A stretch of 64,000 nucleotides of DNA from Thecamonas trahens ATCC 50062. Its lineage: Eukaryota; Protista; Apusomonadida. Positions 31,197 through 42,600 of this stretch are shown one piece after another. Below the pieces are notes generated by a model that worked only from the letters and a program-made list of their open reading frames with translations, had not been told where the DNA came from and made no database searches. The stretch lies in the NCBI RefSeq assembly GCF_000142905.1, contig NW_013657626.1:215942-279941 (forward strand), written 5' to 3'. Position 1 is the stretch's first letter, and the number at the start of each line of letters is the position of its first letter. The translations under genes and the position numbers were made by a program.

Positions 31197-33313
31197 ATGG
31201 CTGCCAACGACCCGCTGATGGACGACGACCTTGTCGATTACGAGGACGATGCCGTGCTCAATGAGGTTGCGCCTGCTGCCGACGAGGAGTCGAACAAGTA
31301 CGTCGCAGCCTGACTCTCTCTCTCTCTCTCTCTCTGTCTCTGTCTCTCTCCTCGCCCGCTTGCCGCCGGCTCGGTGGCCTGCCGAGTCGCCCTAGCGCGA
31401 CCTGACCTGCCCGCAGTCCACGGCGCAAGCTACGGCCCACCCACGCTCTTGCGCGGGCCCGGCGGTGCTTGCAAACTGGCTTGCTTCTGAAAGCACTCGC
31501 TGCAGTCTCTCTGCATGCTCCGCACCCTCTCCTCGCCCGCCAATCCGTGCCCCCCCTCCCCATCCCTGTGGCCAGCGGCGAGGAGGATGAAGCCGCCAGA
31601 AACCGGGTGGGCTTTTTTTTGGCCTTTGGCCCTCTGCGCCCCTCGCCACGCCAGGCTGTGCCAGGCTGTGCCAGGCTGCCTGCAGCGCATGGCCACGTTG
31701 GAGACGTAGGTAGAGTGGTTGGCCAGTGGTGTTCGCCATGGCCACCGTTCTACCACCTCCCCGCTCTCCCTCCCTCTCTCTCCCTGTCTTCCTTCCTTCC
31801 TTCGGTCCCCCCCGCTCGTACTCGCCCGCCAAGCAACTGCGCCATGCTTCGCCAAGCTACGCCAAACAACCGCGCCAAGCTACGCCAAGCTACGCCAAGC
31901 TACGCCAAGCTACGCCAAGCTACGCCAAGCTACGCCAAGCTACGCCAAGCTACGCCAAGCCACACCAAGCTACGCCAAGCCACACCAAGCTACGCCAAGC
32001 TTCGCAAGCAACGCCAAGCAACTATGTTACGGCACACAGCGGTCGCTCGCTCGCTTGCTCGTCCACTCCCCCCCCCCCCCCCGCCTCACCAGGCCACTCG
32101 CTCGGCAGTCGCACACTAACCCTTCCCTTCCCCCAGGGCCGGTGACTATGTGGGCATCCACTCGTCTGGCTTCCGCGACCTCCTGCTCAAGCCCGAGCTC
32201 ATCCATGCCATTGTGGACTGCGGTTTCGAGGCGCCGTCCGAGGTGCAGCACCAGTGCATTCCGCAGGCGATCCTCGGCTCGGACGTGATCTGCCAGGCCA
32301 AGTCGGGCATGGGCAAGACGGCAGTGTTTGTCATTGCGTCGCTCCAGCAGCTCGAGCCGGTCGATGGCGAGACGCACGTGATTGTGCTCTGCCACGCGCG
32401 TGAGCTTGCCTTCCAGATTGCGCACGAGTACGAGCGGTTCTCCAAGTACATGCCTGCGGTCAAGACGGCTGTGTTCTACGGCGGCGTGCCGATCAAGACG
32501 CACCGCGACCAGCTCAAGAACGAGTACCCGCATGTGGTTGTGGGCACGCCCGGGCGCACGCTCCAGCTTGTTCGCGAGAACGCGCTCAAGCTCGCCAACG
32601 TCCGCCACTTTATTGTGGACGAGTGCGACCGCGTGCTCGAGTCGCTCGACATGCGCCGCGACATCCAGGAGATCTTCCGTGCCACGCCGCACGACAAGCA
32701 GGTCATGATGTTCTCGGCGACGCTCGACGAGGAGATGTCGGCCATCTGCGAGAAGTTCATGAACGACCCGATGAAGATCCTCATCAACTCGTCCAAGCTC
32801 ACGCTCCACGGCCTCCAGCAGCACTACATCAAGCTTGCCGAGGAGGAGAAGAACCGCAAGCTCAACAACCTGCTCGACGCGCTCCAGTTCAACCAGGTCG
32901 TCATCTTTGTCAACAAGGTCTCGCGCGCCAAGGCCCTCAACAAGCTCCTGGTCGAGTACTCGTTCCCGTCGATCTGCATCCACTCGGCACTCCGCCAGGA
33001 CGAGCGCATTGCCCGCTACAAGTCGTTCAAGGACTTTAACCACCGCATCCTCGTCGCCACCGACCTCTTTGGCCGCGGCATCGACATCGAGCGCGTCAAC
33101 ATCGTCATCAACTACGACATGCCCACCGACCACATGCAGTACCTGCACCGTGTCGGCCGCGCCGGCCGCTTCGGCACCAAGGGTCTCGCCATCTCGTTTG
33201 TCACCGGCAACGCCGAGGACGCCGACATCCTCGAGAAGGTCCAGTCGCACTTTGAGGTCAACATCACCGAGCTGCCCGACGTTGTCGACTCGGCCTCGTA
33301 CATGAACAACTAA
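31197..33313 (+). CDS. DDX39B: DECD-box RNA helicase UAP56/Sub2 (DDX39), about 425 aa; join(31197..31297,32137..33313)
   Basis: [11 protein letters not shown]-terminus, [66 protein letters not shown]; GTACGT donor, CACTAAC branch point at 32114-32120, CCCCAG acceptor. Confidence 0.97.
31851..32022. repeat. Intronic 10-bp tandem array (GCCAAGCTAC)n, about 13 near-perfect units plus degenerate flanks
   Basis: Direct reading; a related decamer (GCCAGGCTGT)x3 lies at 31650-31679 in the same intron. Confidence 0.95.
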
Positions 33314-33394
33314 GCTTGGTTAAGCTTTGTGCTTTGCAGTAACACGCAGCCCCACTCTCGTGCCCCCCCTCGCCACGCAGCCGCCAGGCAAGCT

Positions 33395-36300
33395 TCACGC
33401 CGCAGCCTGCGCCCGGCCCATCGCCCGCTGTGAGACAATCAGGATCCGGTGCGCGTCGACGACGCTGCCGCGGACCGCGTCCGACCACGCCCGGAGATGG
33501 GCGCGGACCTCGTTGACAATGGCGGCGTACTCGTTGCCTCGCGCGAGGTGGTCGCGAACCTCGGTGAGCGCAGCCGCCCGCTTGGCGGCAATCTCGGCCG
33601 CCACTCCGCCGTCCGTCGGGCTGTGCGACCGCCGTTGGTGGTGGTGACCGCGTCTGCTCTGTGTCACAAACAGCGTCGAGTGCGGATCGCCTGACGCCAT
33701 GTCGCGCGAGGCGGATGCGGATGCGGAGGTGGCGGCTGCAGAGCCTGCACTGTCATCTTGGTCGTCGTCAATGAGTACGCCAGGTAGCGCAAGCGTTTGC
33801 AGATACTCAGCGACAGCGTGCAGCGAGAGCGGGGCGTTGTCGAGGCGGGCGAGGTGGTCCTCAGAGAGCCGTGTCCGGGCCCGGACCACGTCGCACAAGT
33901 CCGAGATGGTGGTGACGAGGAGTTGGCTTTGGCTGGCAAGCAGGTCGGCCCGGCGGTGGGCGGCATCGGCGTCTTGGCGAGTGCGGCCCAGCTCGCGGGC
34001 ATCGGCCTCGAGCGAGTCGACCCGCTCTCGGAGGGCCTTGGTCTCGGCCTCAAGCTTGCCGTTGGCAGCAAGGAGGGCGGCCTTGGCTGCGCCGAGCGCC
34101 TTGTTGCGGGCTGTAGCCTCGGCATAGCCGGCAACTTCGCGGTTGAGCATGGAGATCTTGCGATCGGAGCGGGCAACTTCGGCCTCAAGGCCGACTAGGG
34201 TATCGCGGAGGGCGAGGGCCTTGGTATGGGCCTCGCGGACACTGCCGCGGTCGGCCTCCATGGCAGCGAGCACATCCTGGACCGCGTCCCACGCGGCCTG
34301 CGACGGCGCCGCAAGCTTGCGGGCGGCGGCAGCCTCGGCGCGCAGAGCTGCGTTGGCGCCCTCCAGCTGGGCCACCGTCTCGCGCGACGCCGAGAGCTCG
34401 CGCTCGACGGCACTCAGCACGCTGTACTGTGCCATGCTTGCGGCCACAAGGGTCTTGACTCGCTTGGCGAGAACGGCGACAACGGCGGCGTCGCCGCGGG
34501 TGCCATCGCTCTGCGTCGCCTGCCTCGCAGCTGGCAAAGTGCGGGGTCCACGGCGGGAGCCTCCGTGGAGCGGCGATTGGGCCTGCCGGCGGCGGCGGAG
34601 TCGGCTTGGCGACTCGTCGTCGTGCGGGTCGAGACGGACCCGCTTGGACGGCGACGCCGAGCCACCGGCGCGCGCCTGCTCCTCGCCCCAGGCCATCAGC
34701 GGCGCAGGGGTGGGGAACATGGAGTCGGCCGACGGCAGGCCGCTAGCCTGCGGCGAGGCCGGGTGCGACGCAGTCGGCTCGTCGAGAGAAGGAGCCCCCG
34801 CTACGAGTGGGGCGGAGGCCGACGCAGCAGGCCGCGACATGCGCGCCATCATTGCGGCGTAGCCGGCCTCGGTGTCCGAGGCGGCTTTGACGGCGGCATC
34901 GAGGCGCTTGGTGAGGACCTCGTTCTCTTGCTCGGCAGTGAGAAGCGCGCGCTGAGCGTGGTCGAGCTCGCGCTCGAGGTTCTGGCATGTGACCTGNNNN
35001 NNNNNNNNNNNNNNNNNNNNNNNNNNNNNNNNNNNNNNNNNNNNNNNNNNNNNNNNNNNNNNNNNNNNNNNNNNNNNNNNNNNNNNNNNNNNNNNNNNNN
35101 NNNNNNNNNNNNNNNNNNNNNNNNNNNNNNNNNNNNNNNNNNNNNNNNNNNNNNNNNNNNNNNNNNNNNNNNNNNNNNNNNNNNNNNNNNNNNNNNNNNN
35201 NNNNNNNNNNNNNNNNNNNNNNNNNNNNNNNNNNNNNNNNNNNNNNNNNNNNNNNNNNNNNNNNNNNNNNNNNNNNNNNNNNNNNNNNNNNNNNNNNNNN
35301 NNNNNNNNNNNNNNNNNNNNNNNNNNNNNNNNNNNNNNNNNNNNNNNNNNNNNNNNNNNNNNNNNNNNNNNNNNNNNNNNNNNNNNNNNNNNNNNNNNNN
35401 NNNNNNNNNNNNNNNNNNNNNNNNNNNNNNNNNNNNNNNNNNNNNNNNNNNNAAACGAGGCAGCGAGGGCTGCAATGCGTGCGGCGGCCGAGGCACGGAG
35501 CTCGTCCATCTGGGTGCGTGCCGCGGCGAGGAGCTCGCGGAGGCCCTCGCGCTGGGCGGTGATGTCGGCGACGGCGGCCTCGGAGGCGGTGAGCTCAGAG
35601 CAGAGCTCGCGGATGGTGACCGTGTTGGCCTCGAGACGGCGGAGGAGGACGTAGGCAAGCGGGTCAAGCGTGGTGTTCTCGAGGTGGAGGACGTCGACCC
35701 AGGGCTTGAGATCGTCGGCGGCGGAGGCTGCGACGAGAGTCTCGAGGTGGGTCGCCTTCTCTGAGTACTCGGCGAGGAGAGTGGTGAGCTTGTTCGTCTT
35801 GCGGCGGAGGCGGTCGATAGCGAGCTTGTCCTGCAGCGAACCGCCCGACTCGGTCTCGAGGACAAGGGCCTCGTACTTGGCCTTCCACATTTCGGGCTCG
35901 TCCTCGAGCTTGTGCATCTTGGCGCGGAGGGCGTCGATTTCGGCACGGAGCTCCTCGCAGCTCCGGCACGAGCCGTCAGGCCGAAGATTGTGGGTGAGCT
36001 TCTTGAGGTGGGCAACTTGCGTGTGAAGGGCCTTGTTCGACTTGGCCGACTTTTCAGCGGCGTCGAGGAGGGCGTCGACGGCGTGGCGCGGCTGGACGGT
36101 GCCGATGAGGGCAGCGATGCGAGCGAGCTGATCGGGTGAGAGGTGGGTGTGCGAGGCTGAGGCTTTGCCCTTGCTGCTGCTGGTCTCGCTTGAGGACAGC
36201 GTTCCGTGGCTGGGGCGCTTGGAGGGGCGCGAGCGGCGGGCAGAGTCGCGGGCACGCTTCCAGTTGTCGGACGCCGTTTTCTTGCGGTGGGCGGTGGAAA

Positions 36301-37522
36301 CGGCGCGATGGCCGGCCGGCGACGAGCCGCCATGAGACGAGGAGGCTGCGGCGCTCTTGCGCTTGCGAGATGCTGCGAGGGCGGCGTTGCGGCGGCGGGC
36401 GAGCTCCGCGGCCCACTCGGCCTTTTCGTCCTGTTGGGTGAGTGTGAGCGAGCGCTTGCGTGACTCGCGGATGCGGGCCTTTTTGAGCTTAAGCGACTCT
36501 TCCTCACGAAGACGCTTTGCGCGCTCCTCCTCGGCAGCCTTGGCCTCCTCTTTCAGTTTGCGCTGATGGTCCTTGATGCGCTTGGCCTTGCGAGCGAGGC
36601 GGGCGGTACGCTCGTCGGCAAGGCGCTTCTCCTTCGCCTGAATGTCGCGGAGCATGTCCGACAGCGGCTTGGAGGTGTCGGCCATAGAGAGCATGAGGCG
36701 GCGCGAGGTGAGGGCGGCCATGCGCTCCTGGACCTCCTTCTCGGAGAGGGCACCGCCAAAGGCGGCACGCAGAATGGCGTTGTCCTCTTGCAACACATCA
36801 AGGTTGCTCATGCGTGCCCGGGCCGCAAGCGACGAGGCCTGGTCGACAAGAACAGTCTCAATGTCTGTGCCCATCTCGATGTGGACGTCGATCATGAGCT
36901 CGTTCTCGGCCTCGAGCTGGGCCTCGAGCGAGTCCTTCTTCCCCACAGTGGTCACTTCAGACTTGCTCGGGCTCGGAGAGAAATTGCCTCCGCCACCAGT
37001 CTCGTTAGCGCTGGATAAGGCACGGAGGCCCGACGGGCCGCGAGCCTTGCGCCGCATGGGCACGGCGCCGCCCTTGACAGCGAGGGCGCCCATGGACGAG
37101 ACTGATCGCAGCATGTCGTCGCCATCGCGGTCCATATCTGACGTCGCTACCAGCGAGCCAACCGAGCCCGACGAGGCGACGTCGACCTTTGAGAGCCAGG
37201 TCTTCTTCTTCTCCTTCTTGAGCTTGGTAGAGGCAAACAGCTTGGCCCGCTCCCGCTGCCTGGCGGCCTCCTCGGCCTCCTCTGCCGCCATCCGAGCCTT
37301 TTCCGCCTCCCAGAACGGATCCTTCCGCTCTTCACCTCCGCCATTACCGCTTCCACCAGCCATCGCCCCTGTCCCGCCAGCCATCGCCCCTATACCGCCT
37401 GCTGCGCCTTGTCCACCACCACCACCACCGCCGCCGCCGCCGCCGCCGGCTGAGCCTCCGCCAGCCGGCGTGCCGACAAGCCCGAGCGACGGGGTGCCTG
37501 CAGCCATACGCATGGAGGCCAT
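33395..37522 (-). CDS. Large coiled-coil protein of unknown function (interrupted by gap 34997-35452)
   Basis: Long open frame on both sides of the gap with heptad-rich, charged helical segments; ATG (MASMRMAAG) follows a CA microsatellite like other starts here. No family recognised. Confidence 0.7.
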   Translation of the reverse strand: MASMRMAAGTPSLGLVGTPAGGGSAGGGGGGGGGGGGQGAAGGIGAMAGGTGAMAGGSGNGGGEERKDPFWEAEKARMAAEEAEEAARQRERAKLFASTKLKKEKKKTWLSKVDVASSGSVGSLVATSDMDRDGDDMLRSVSSMGALAVKGGAVPMRRKARGPSGLRALSSANETGGGGNFSPSPSKSEVTTVGKKDSLEAQLEAENELMIDVHIEMGTDIETVLVDQASSLAARARMSNLDVLQEDNAILRAAFGGALSEKEVQERMAALTSRRLMLSMADTSKPLSDMLRDIQAKEKRLADERTARLARKAKRIKDHQRKLKEEAKAAEEERAKRLREEESLKLKKARIRESRKRSLTLTQQDEKAEWAAELARRRNAALAASRKRKSAAASSSHGGSSPAGHRAVSTAHRKKTASDNWKRARDSARRSRPSKRPSHGTLSSSETSSSKGKASASHTHLSPDQLARIAALIGTVQPRHAVDALLDAAEKSAKSNKALHTQVAHLKKLTHNLRPDGSCRSCEELRAEIDALRAKMHKLEDEPEMWKAKYEALVLETESGGSLQDKLAIDRLRRKTNKLTTLLAEYSEKATHLETLVAASAADDLKPWVDVLHLENTTLDPLAYVLLRRLEANTVTIRELCSELTASEAAVADITAQREGLRELLAAARTQMDELRASAAARIAALAASFXXXXXXXXXXXXXXXXXXXXXXXXXXXXXXXXXXXXXXXXXXXXXXXXXXXXXXXXXXXXXXXXXXXXXXXXXXXXXXXXXXXXXXXXXXXXXXXXXXXXXXXXXXXXXXXXXXXXXXXXXXXXXXXXXXXXXXXXXXXXXXXXXXXXXXXXQVTCQNLERELDHAQRALLTAEQENEVLTKRLDAAVKAASDTEAGYAAMMARMSRPAASASAPLVAGAPSLDEPTASHPASPQASGLPSADSMFPTPAPLMAWGEEQARAGGSASPSKRVRLDPHDDESPSRLRRRRQAQSPLHGGSRRGPRTLPAARQATQSDGTRGDAAVVAVLAKRVKTLVAASMAQYSVLSAVERELSASRETVAQLEGANAALRAEAAAARKLAAPSQAAWDAVQDVLAAMEADRGSVREAHTKALALRDTLVGLEAEVARSDRKISMLNREVAGYAEATARNKALGAAKAALLAANGKLEAETKALRERVDSLEADARELGRTRQDADAAHRRADLLASQSQLLVTTISDLCDVVRARTRLSEDHLARLDNAPLSLHAVAEYLQTLALPGVLIDDDQDDSAGSAAATSASASASRDMASGDPHSTLFVTQSRRGHHHQRRSHSPTDGGVAAEIAAKRAAALTEVRDHLARGNEYAAIVNEVRAHLRAWSDAVRGSVVDAHRILIVSQRAMGRAQAAA

Positions 37523-37535
37523 ATGTATGTATGTT

Positions 37536-37574
<39 letters not shown>

Positions 37575-38102
37575 TCCCCGTGGGGTGGTGGTTGTCGGGG
37601 TGGGCGTGAGGTGGGGGGACCGTTGGCAGGCGAAGGAGAGGCTTGGGACAGAGGAGGGAGGGGGGGCTGATCAGAAGATGGGGATGGGCATGTGACGGTG
37701 TAAGGGAGGTGATGATTGGGTGATTGGGTGATCGGTGTATGTCTATGTGTGTGCATGTGTATGTGTATGTGTATGTATATGTATGTGTATGTGTATGTGT
37801 ATGTGTGTGTGAATGTGTGTATGTGTGTGGTCTGATCCCCCCTCCCCCCCTCCCCCCCCATCCTCCCCTTCCACCTTCTCATCTCCATCTCCCGCCTTCC
37901 CCCCGATCCCCCCCCTCCCCCTCCGATCCCCATCCACCCATCCCCCCCCCCACTCCCGATCCCCTCCCCCCCCCCTGGTAACCCACCCCTGATCCCCGTC
38001 CCCTGGTACCCCACCCCACCCCACTCCAGCTGATCCCCCTCCCCTTCCTCCCCCACCCCCCCCGTCCCCGCGACCGCCCACACCTCACTCCCGCGCAACA
38101 CC

Positions 38103-38364
38103 ATGGTCGAACTGAGCAAAGGGGCCGCAGGGAAGATTGTTTGCCATGCCAGACAGCATGTTACCCGTGCTGTCGTTGGCCTCCTCCTGGGCCAGCCCGG
38201 CTCGGACGCCGTCACTGACGTTGTCCCCCTCGCCCACACCCTCCTGGCTCTGACGGCGGTGGAGGAGGCGGCGCTGAACATGGTACGCATGGCGGCAGAG
38301 GGGAGGGGAGAAGGGAGGGGGGGGGATGGTGACTGACGGTGGGCATGATGATGCTGATGCTGAT

Positions 38365-38420
<56 letters not shown>

Positions 38421-39113
38421 CGATGCTCCTCGTGCTCGCCCTGCTCCTCGTGCTCGCCCTGCTCCTCATGCTGCTCGCATTCTTCCTCAACTTCCTCTTA
38501 CTGATGCTAATGCCGATCACCCCTCGGCTGATGGCCATGGCAATGCTCACCCTGCACTTGCCTCTGACAACAGATCGAGGCCCACGCTGCAAGCCAGGAC
38601 CTCGCCATTGTTGGCGTCTACTACGGCAACGCCCGCCAGGACGACTGCTCCGTCCCGCCGGCGGTCCTCGCGCTGTCGTCGGCTGTCGGCGGGTGCATCG
38701 TGGCGGTCGACGGGCCGGCGTTCGGACCCTTTGCCGCCGCCGTCGCCGACCACATTCCGCTCCGCGCTGTTGAGGCTCCGGTCGGCAGCGCCGGCTCAGG
38801 TGCCGCCGACGGCGCCCACGCCTCGCTTCCGGCCTCAGGCCTCCCGCTTGCCGACACTACCCCGCTCGCCCTCACCATCGACGGCGTCGACGTCCCTTCA
38901 CCCTCGGCCACCAACGCCGCTGCCGCTGCCGCTGCCGCCGCGTCCGAGTCTGCACCGGCCGCCCTCGCGCCCACCGTCGCCCTTCTCCGTGCCGGCCTCG
39001 CCGGCCTCACCGACGGCACCGTCTCCATCGCCGACTACGACGACCACATGGACTCGCTCGTCCATGACTGGCGCAACCCTTCGTTTGATGCCTTTGTCCT
39101 CACCCACAAGTAA
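38103..39113 (+). CDS. EMC8: ER membrane protein complex subunit 8/9 (UPF0172, MPN-like), 239 aa; join(38103..38282,38574..39113)
   Basis: KIVCHA..H..AVVGLLLG, VTDVVPLAH, IVGVYYGNA, IADYDDHMDSLVHDWRN; phase-0 GTACGC...ACAG intron containing (GATGAC)n. Confidence 0.9.
38346..38480. repeat. Intronic (GATGAC)n and 18-bp CTGCTCCTCGTGCTCGCC repeats
   Basis: Direct reading within the EMC8/9 intron. Confidence 0.9.
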
Positions 39114-39638
39114 CCACACAATCCCAGCCAGCCTCCCCCTCCTCCTTCCACCACCATCATGCGAGCATATCAACTCGGCCACAACTGCACCTCCCCGTCG
39201 ATAGCCCTGTGCGCGCCCCTGCAGCAACAAGAGGACGACACTCTTCCGATCGTGTTGAGCCTCAGTACGACACTGATGGGGGGCCGTATGAGTGAAGAAA
39301 CGACGAGGTTCATCAGACAAGTTAAAGGAAGATAATATCCAGAACGGGTCACGATGCCCCAAAACAGACCGTCAGAGATCGGTAGCTTGCATCCTCCCCC
39401 CCCTCCCCGCCTCCCCGCCCTCCCCGCCTCCCCGCCTCCCCGCCTCCCCGCCCTCCCCGCCTCCCCGCCTCCCCGCCTCCCCACCCGCTGCCAACCAACC
39501 GTCGTTCGCCCAAACCATTTCCCCCGCCACTTCCTCTCGCCAACCGCCACACCCCACCCACCGCCACCACCGCCACCACCGCCACTCCCCACTACCCCCC
39601 ACGCCCACCCCCTAACCCCTCCCACCACACCTACCACT

Positions 39639-42600
39639 ATGCCACTGACCTTTGCCCCCTCTGCCCGGTCTTCGTCCTCGTCCAGCCACCACCGCCGAGC
39701 ACGACTGAGCCCAGCCCGCCCGGCGCCGGCCACGCCCACTCCGCTGCGCAAGACAACGTCCGGCGGGAGACGACGGGGTGGCGGCGGGAGGAGTCTCGCA
39801 CTCGACGGACCGACACATGCTCCGCCATCGTCATCGGCTTCGGCTACTCGTGGTCCGGGAACAGGACTGGCTGCCGGTGACGGAGTCCGTGCCATGCCTG
39901 CCAGGGCCGAGGCAAACCACGGCGACGCCTTTCCCATCGCTGTTGCGCCCGATGAGGTTGTCTTTCCCGACGTGGCGCCAGACACGCTGTATATCTTCAA
40001 TCTCCGACTTCAGAACGTCGGCCCGGACACCGTCCGAGTCTGCCTCGCGCCACCTGCATCGGCAAAGTTCTCCTTTGCCGACGGCGCCGTCACCTCGTTC
40101 TCTCTCGCTCCGGGTCTCTCGCACTACCTTGATCTGCAGTTCCGAGCCGAGGAGACAACCGCCGACGTTCACGACGCGGTGCGGGTCTCGCTTGCCTGCG
40201 GCGACGCCCTCATCCCAGTCCGTGCCCTCATTCCACGCCCGGTGCTGGGCCTCTCGGCGCTGGCGGTCGACTTTGGCACCCTCCCGCCGGCGGTGCCGGC
40301 GACAAGAACCGTGACGCTCACCAACAGCGGCGCCATGGACGGCCAGTTCCGACTCGCGTTGCCCGAGCCAGGCACGCCCGACGCCGAAGCCGCGCAGCCG
40401 TTCTCCATCACGCCGTCGCGCGGCGTCGTCTCGGCCGGCGGCTCGCTCGCGCTCCGAGTTGCTTTCAAGGGTCCTTCGGTTGGCGTCTTCCGCGCCGTCC
40501 TTCCTCTCCACTGCATCGACCCGGGTTCGCGCCTTCCGGTCGTCTCCTCGCTCGAGGTCACCGCATCGGTCGTCAAGCAGGCGCTCACGCTCTACACCGC
40601 CAACGGCGCTGCTGTCCTCGACGTTGTCGACTTTGGCGCCATGTACTACGGCCAGTCTCGCGTCGTCTCGGGCCTGCTCACTAACAACGGCCCGCTCCCG
40701 GTCTCGTTTGCAGTCATCTTTGGCAAGGATCGCGGCGGCGCGACGTCGGTCATGACTACCGCGTCGGACCTCGTCAAGCACGGTGGCGCTCGCGCAGGCC
40801 TCACCGAGTCTGCGCAGGACGCCGAGAAGTTCATCATGACTCTCGAGCCATCGCGCGGCACCCTCGCGCCGGGCCAATCGCTCACCATGACATGCACCTT
40901 TGCGCCGCCGGCCACCGGCGCCACTGCCGCCGCCGGCGCCTCGCTCGCCGCAGACGCTCCCTCACCCTCGCTCTACTTCAAAGTTCCGTACTTTATCGAA
41001 ATGGTCGAGACTGGCGCCAAGACCAAGGTAACGCTCAAGGGCGAGGCCCATGTTCCGTCGCTCGCTTTCTCGGCCACCATCTTTCAGTTTGGCCCGTGCC
41101 CCATCAACTCACACCTCGACATGGAGTTTACCGTCAAGAACACCAACGAGGAGCTGCCGGCAACCGTCGCTTTTGGCAAGCTTGCCCACTTTGCCGTCTC
41201 GGCCCGCAAGCTCACCCTCCTCCCGCTCCAGACCAAGTCGCTCCTCCTCCGCTTTGCGCCCAAGCAGTATGGCGAGTTCTCCGGCTTGCTCACGATCCGT
41301 GCTTGCGCGGGCACCTACTCCCGCACGCTCAGCGTCTCAGGCCTTTGCACCACTGCGGCACGGCTCCCGCCAGCGCTTGCCGCGCTCCCGCCGTCCGCCC
41401 CACATCTGGTCCATCCCGACGACTACGCCCGCGCGCTCAACCGCCAGCCTTCGGCCTCGTCGCGGCGCACCAAGCCCGCGCCGCCGCCGTCGGCGCTTGT
41501 CGACAAGCGCTTCTCTTACGACGAGGCTACCGCGGCGCGCATCGCAGCCGCAAAGTCCACCTACAACGGGTACCTCAAGGAGTCGGCCGCCGCCCGCGTC
41601 GCCGCCACCAAAGCTCGTGACCGCAGGCGCTCGGTTGACTTTCTCAACGGCGTCGACCTTGGCATGGTGCCCGGCTCGGGCCTCGAGGAGCCGCAACTGG
41701 CGCTCCCGCCAGCCCGCGAGAAGCTGTACCTCGAGCACGTGCCTGGCGACTCGGACGCTGTCTCATACCTCAAGAACCTCAAGCTGCACTCGGGCGATGA
41801 GTTCATTGCCACCAAGTTCCCTGCCGAAGCTGCCCACCCGGCGCAGAAGAAGGAGTGCACCTCGGTACTCTCCACCGCCGAGCTCCGCGACATTGTCCGC
41901 GGCCCGGCGTTTATCGATTTTGGCACCGTCTCGGTCTTCTCGGCCAACGCCAAGAGCTTCAACGTGACCAACAACCTCGACCAGGCCGTCTCGGTTGCAG
42001 TCTTTGCCACCGAGCATGAGGAGTTGTCGGCGTCGACCGCCAAGCCGCAGGTCATCCCGCCAGGTGCCACCGCGGGCTTTGACATCCGCTACACCTCGCT
42101 CGTCCCGCAAAAGTTCAACCGTATGATTCAGTACATGGTCAACGGCCACCATGCGTTCTCGTTCTCGGTCAAGGCCGAGTCTATTGCCACTCGCCTCGCG
42201 CTCTCGCATTCGTTCCTCGAGTTTCACTTTCCGCCCGACGTCATCGAGCCGCGCGTCACCGAGGTCATCACCATGACCAACCCGGGCAACGCCCCGGCCG
42301 AGTTCCGTTGGACGCCGGTCAACACCATCGAGTCGTCTTCACCTGTCTTTGACATTGTCCCTCTCACTGGCGCCGTCCCGCCGGCTTCGTCGCTCAACTG
42401 CCACATCACGTACACGCCCGATGCCTCGCCCGAGGACGTCACCATCTTCAAGCTTTCGGTCAAGGGCGGCTCAGAGCTCTCGCTCACCTGCCGCGGCGCC
42501 ATCGGGGTTGGCAAGGCGAGCTTCTCGACCGACGCCGTCGACTTTGGCGTTGTCTCGGTCGGAATGGTCGACGAGGCCACCGTTTATCTGCTCAACGTCG

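Noticed and set aside
31587-31620. SECIS-like ATGA...AAA hairpin, or terminator-like hairpin plus T8
   Set aside because: Lacks the 3' GA of the SECIS quartet, lies in an intron rather than a 3'UTR, and UAP56 has no in-frame TGA.
31851-32022. CRISPR-like appearance of the 10-bp array (also the 120-bp and 48-bp repeats)
   Set aside because: Head-to-tail units with no unique spacers, eukaryotic context, no cas genes.
39262-39316. CTGATGA...CTGA on the minus strand between EMC8/9 and CFAP47
   Set aside because: Short, weak closing stem, and the partial 18S complement is not placed as a canonical guide.
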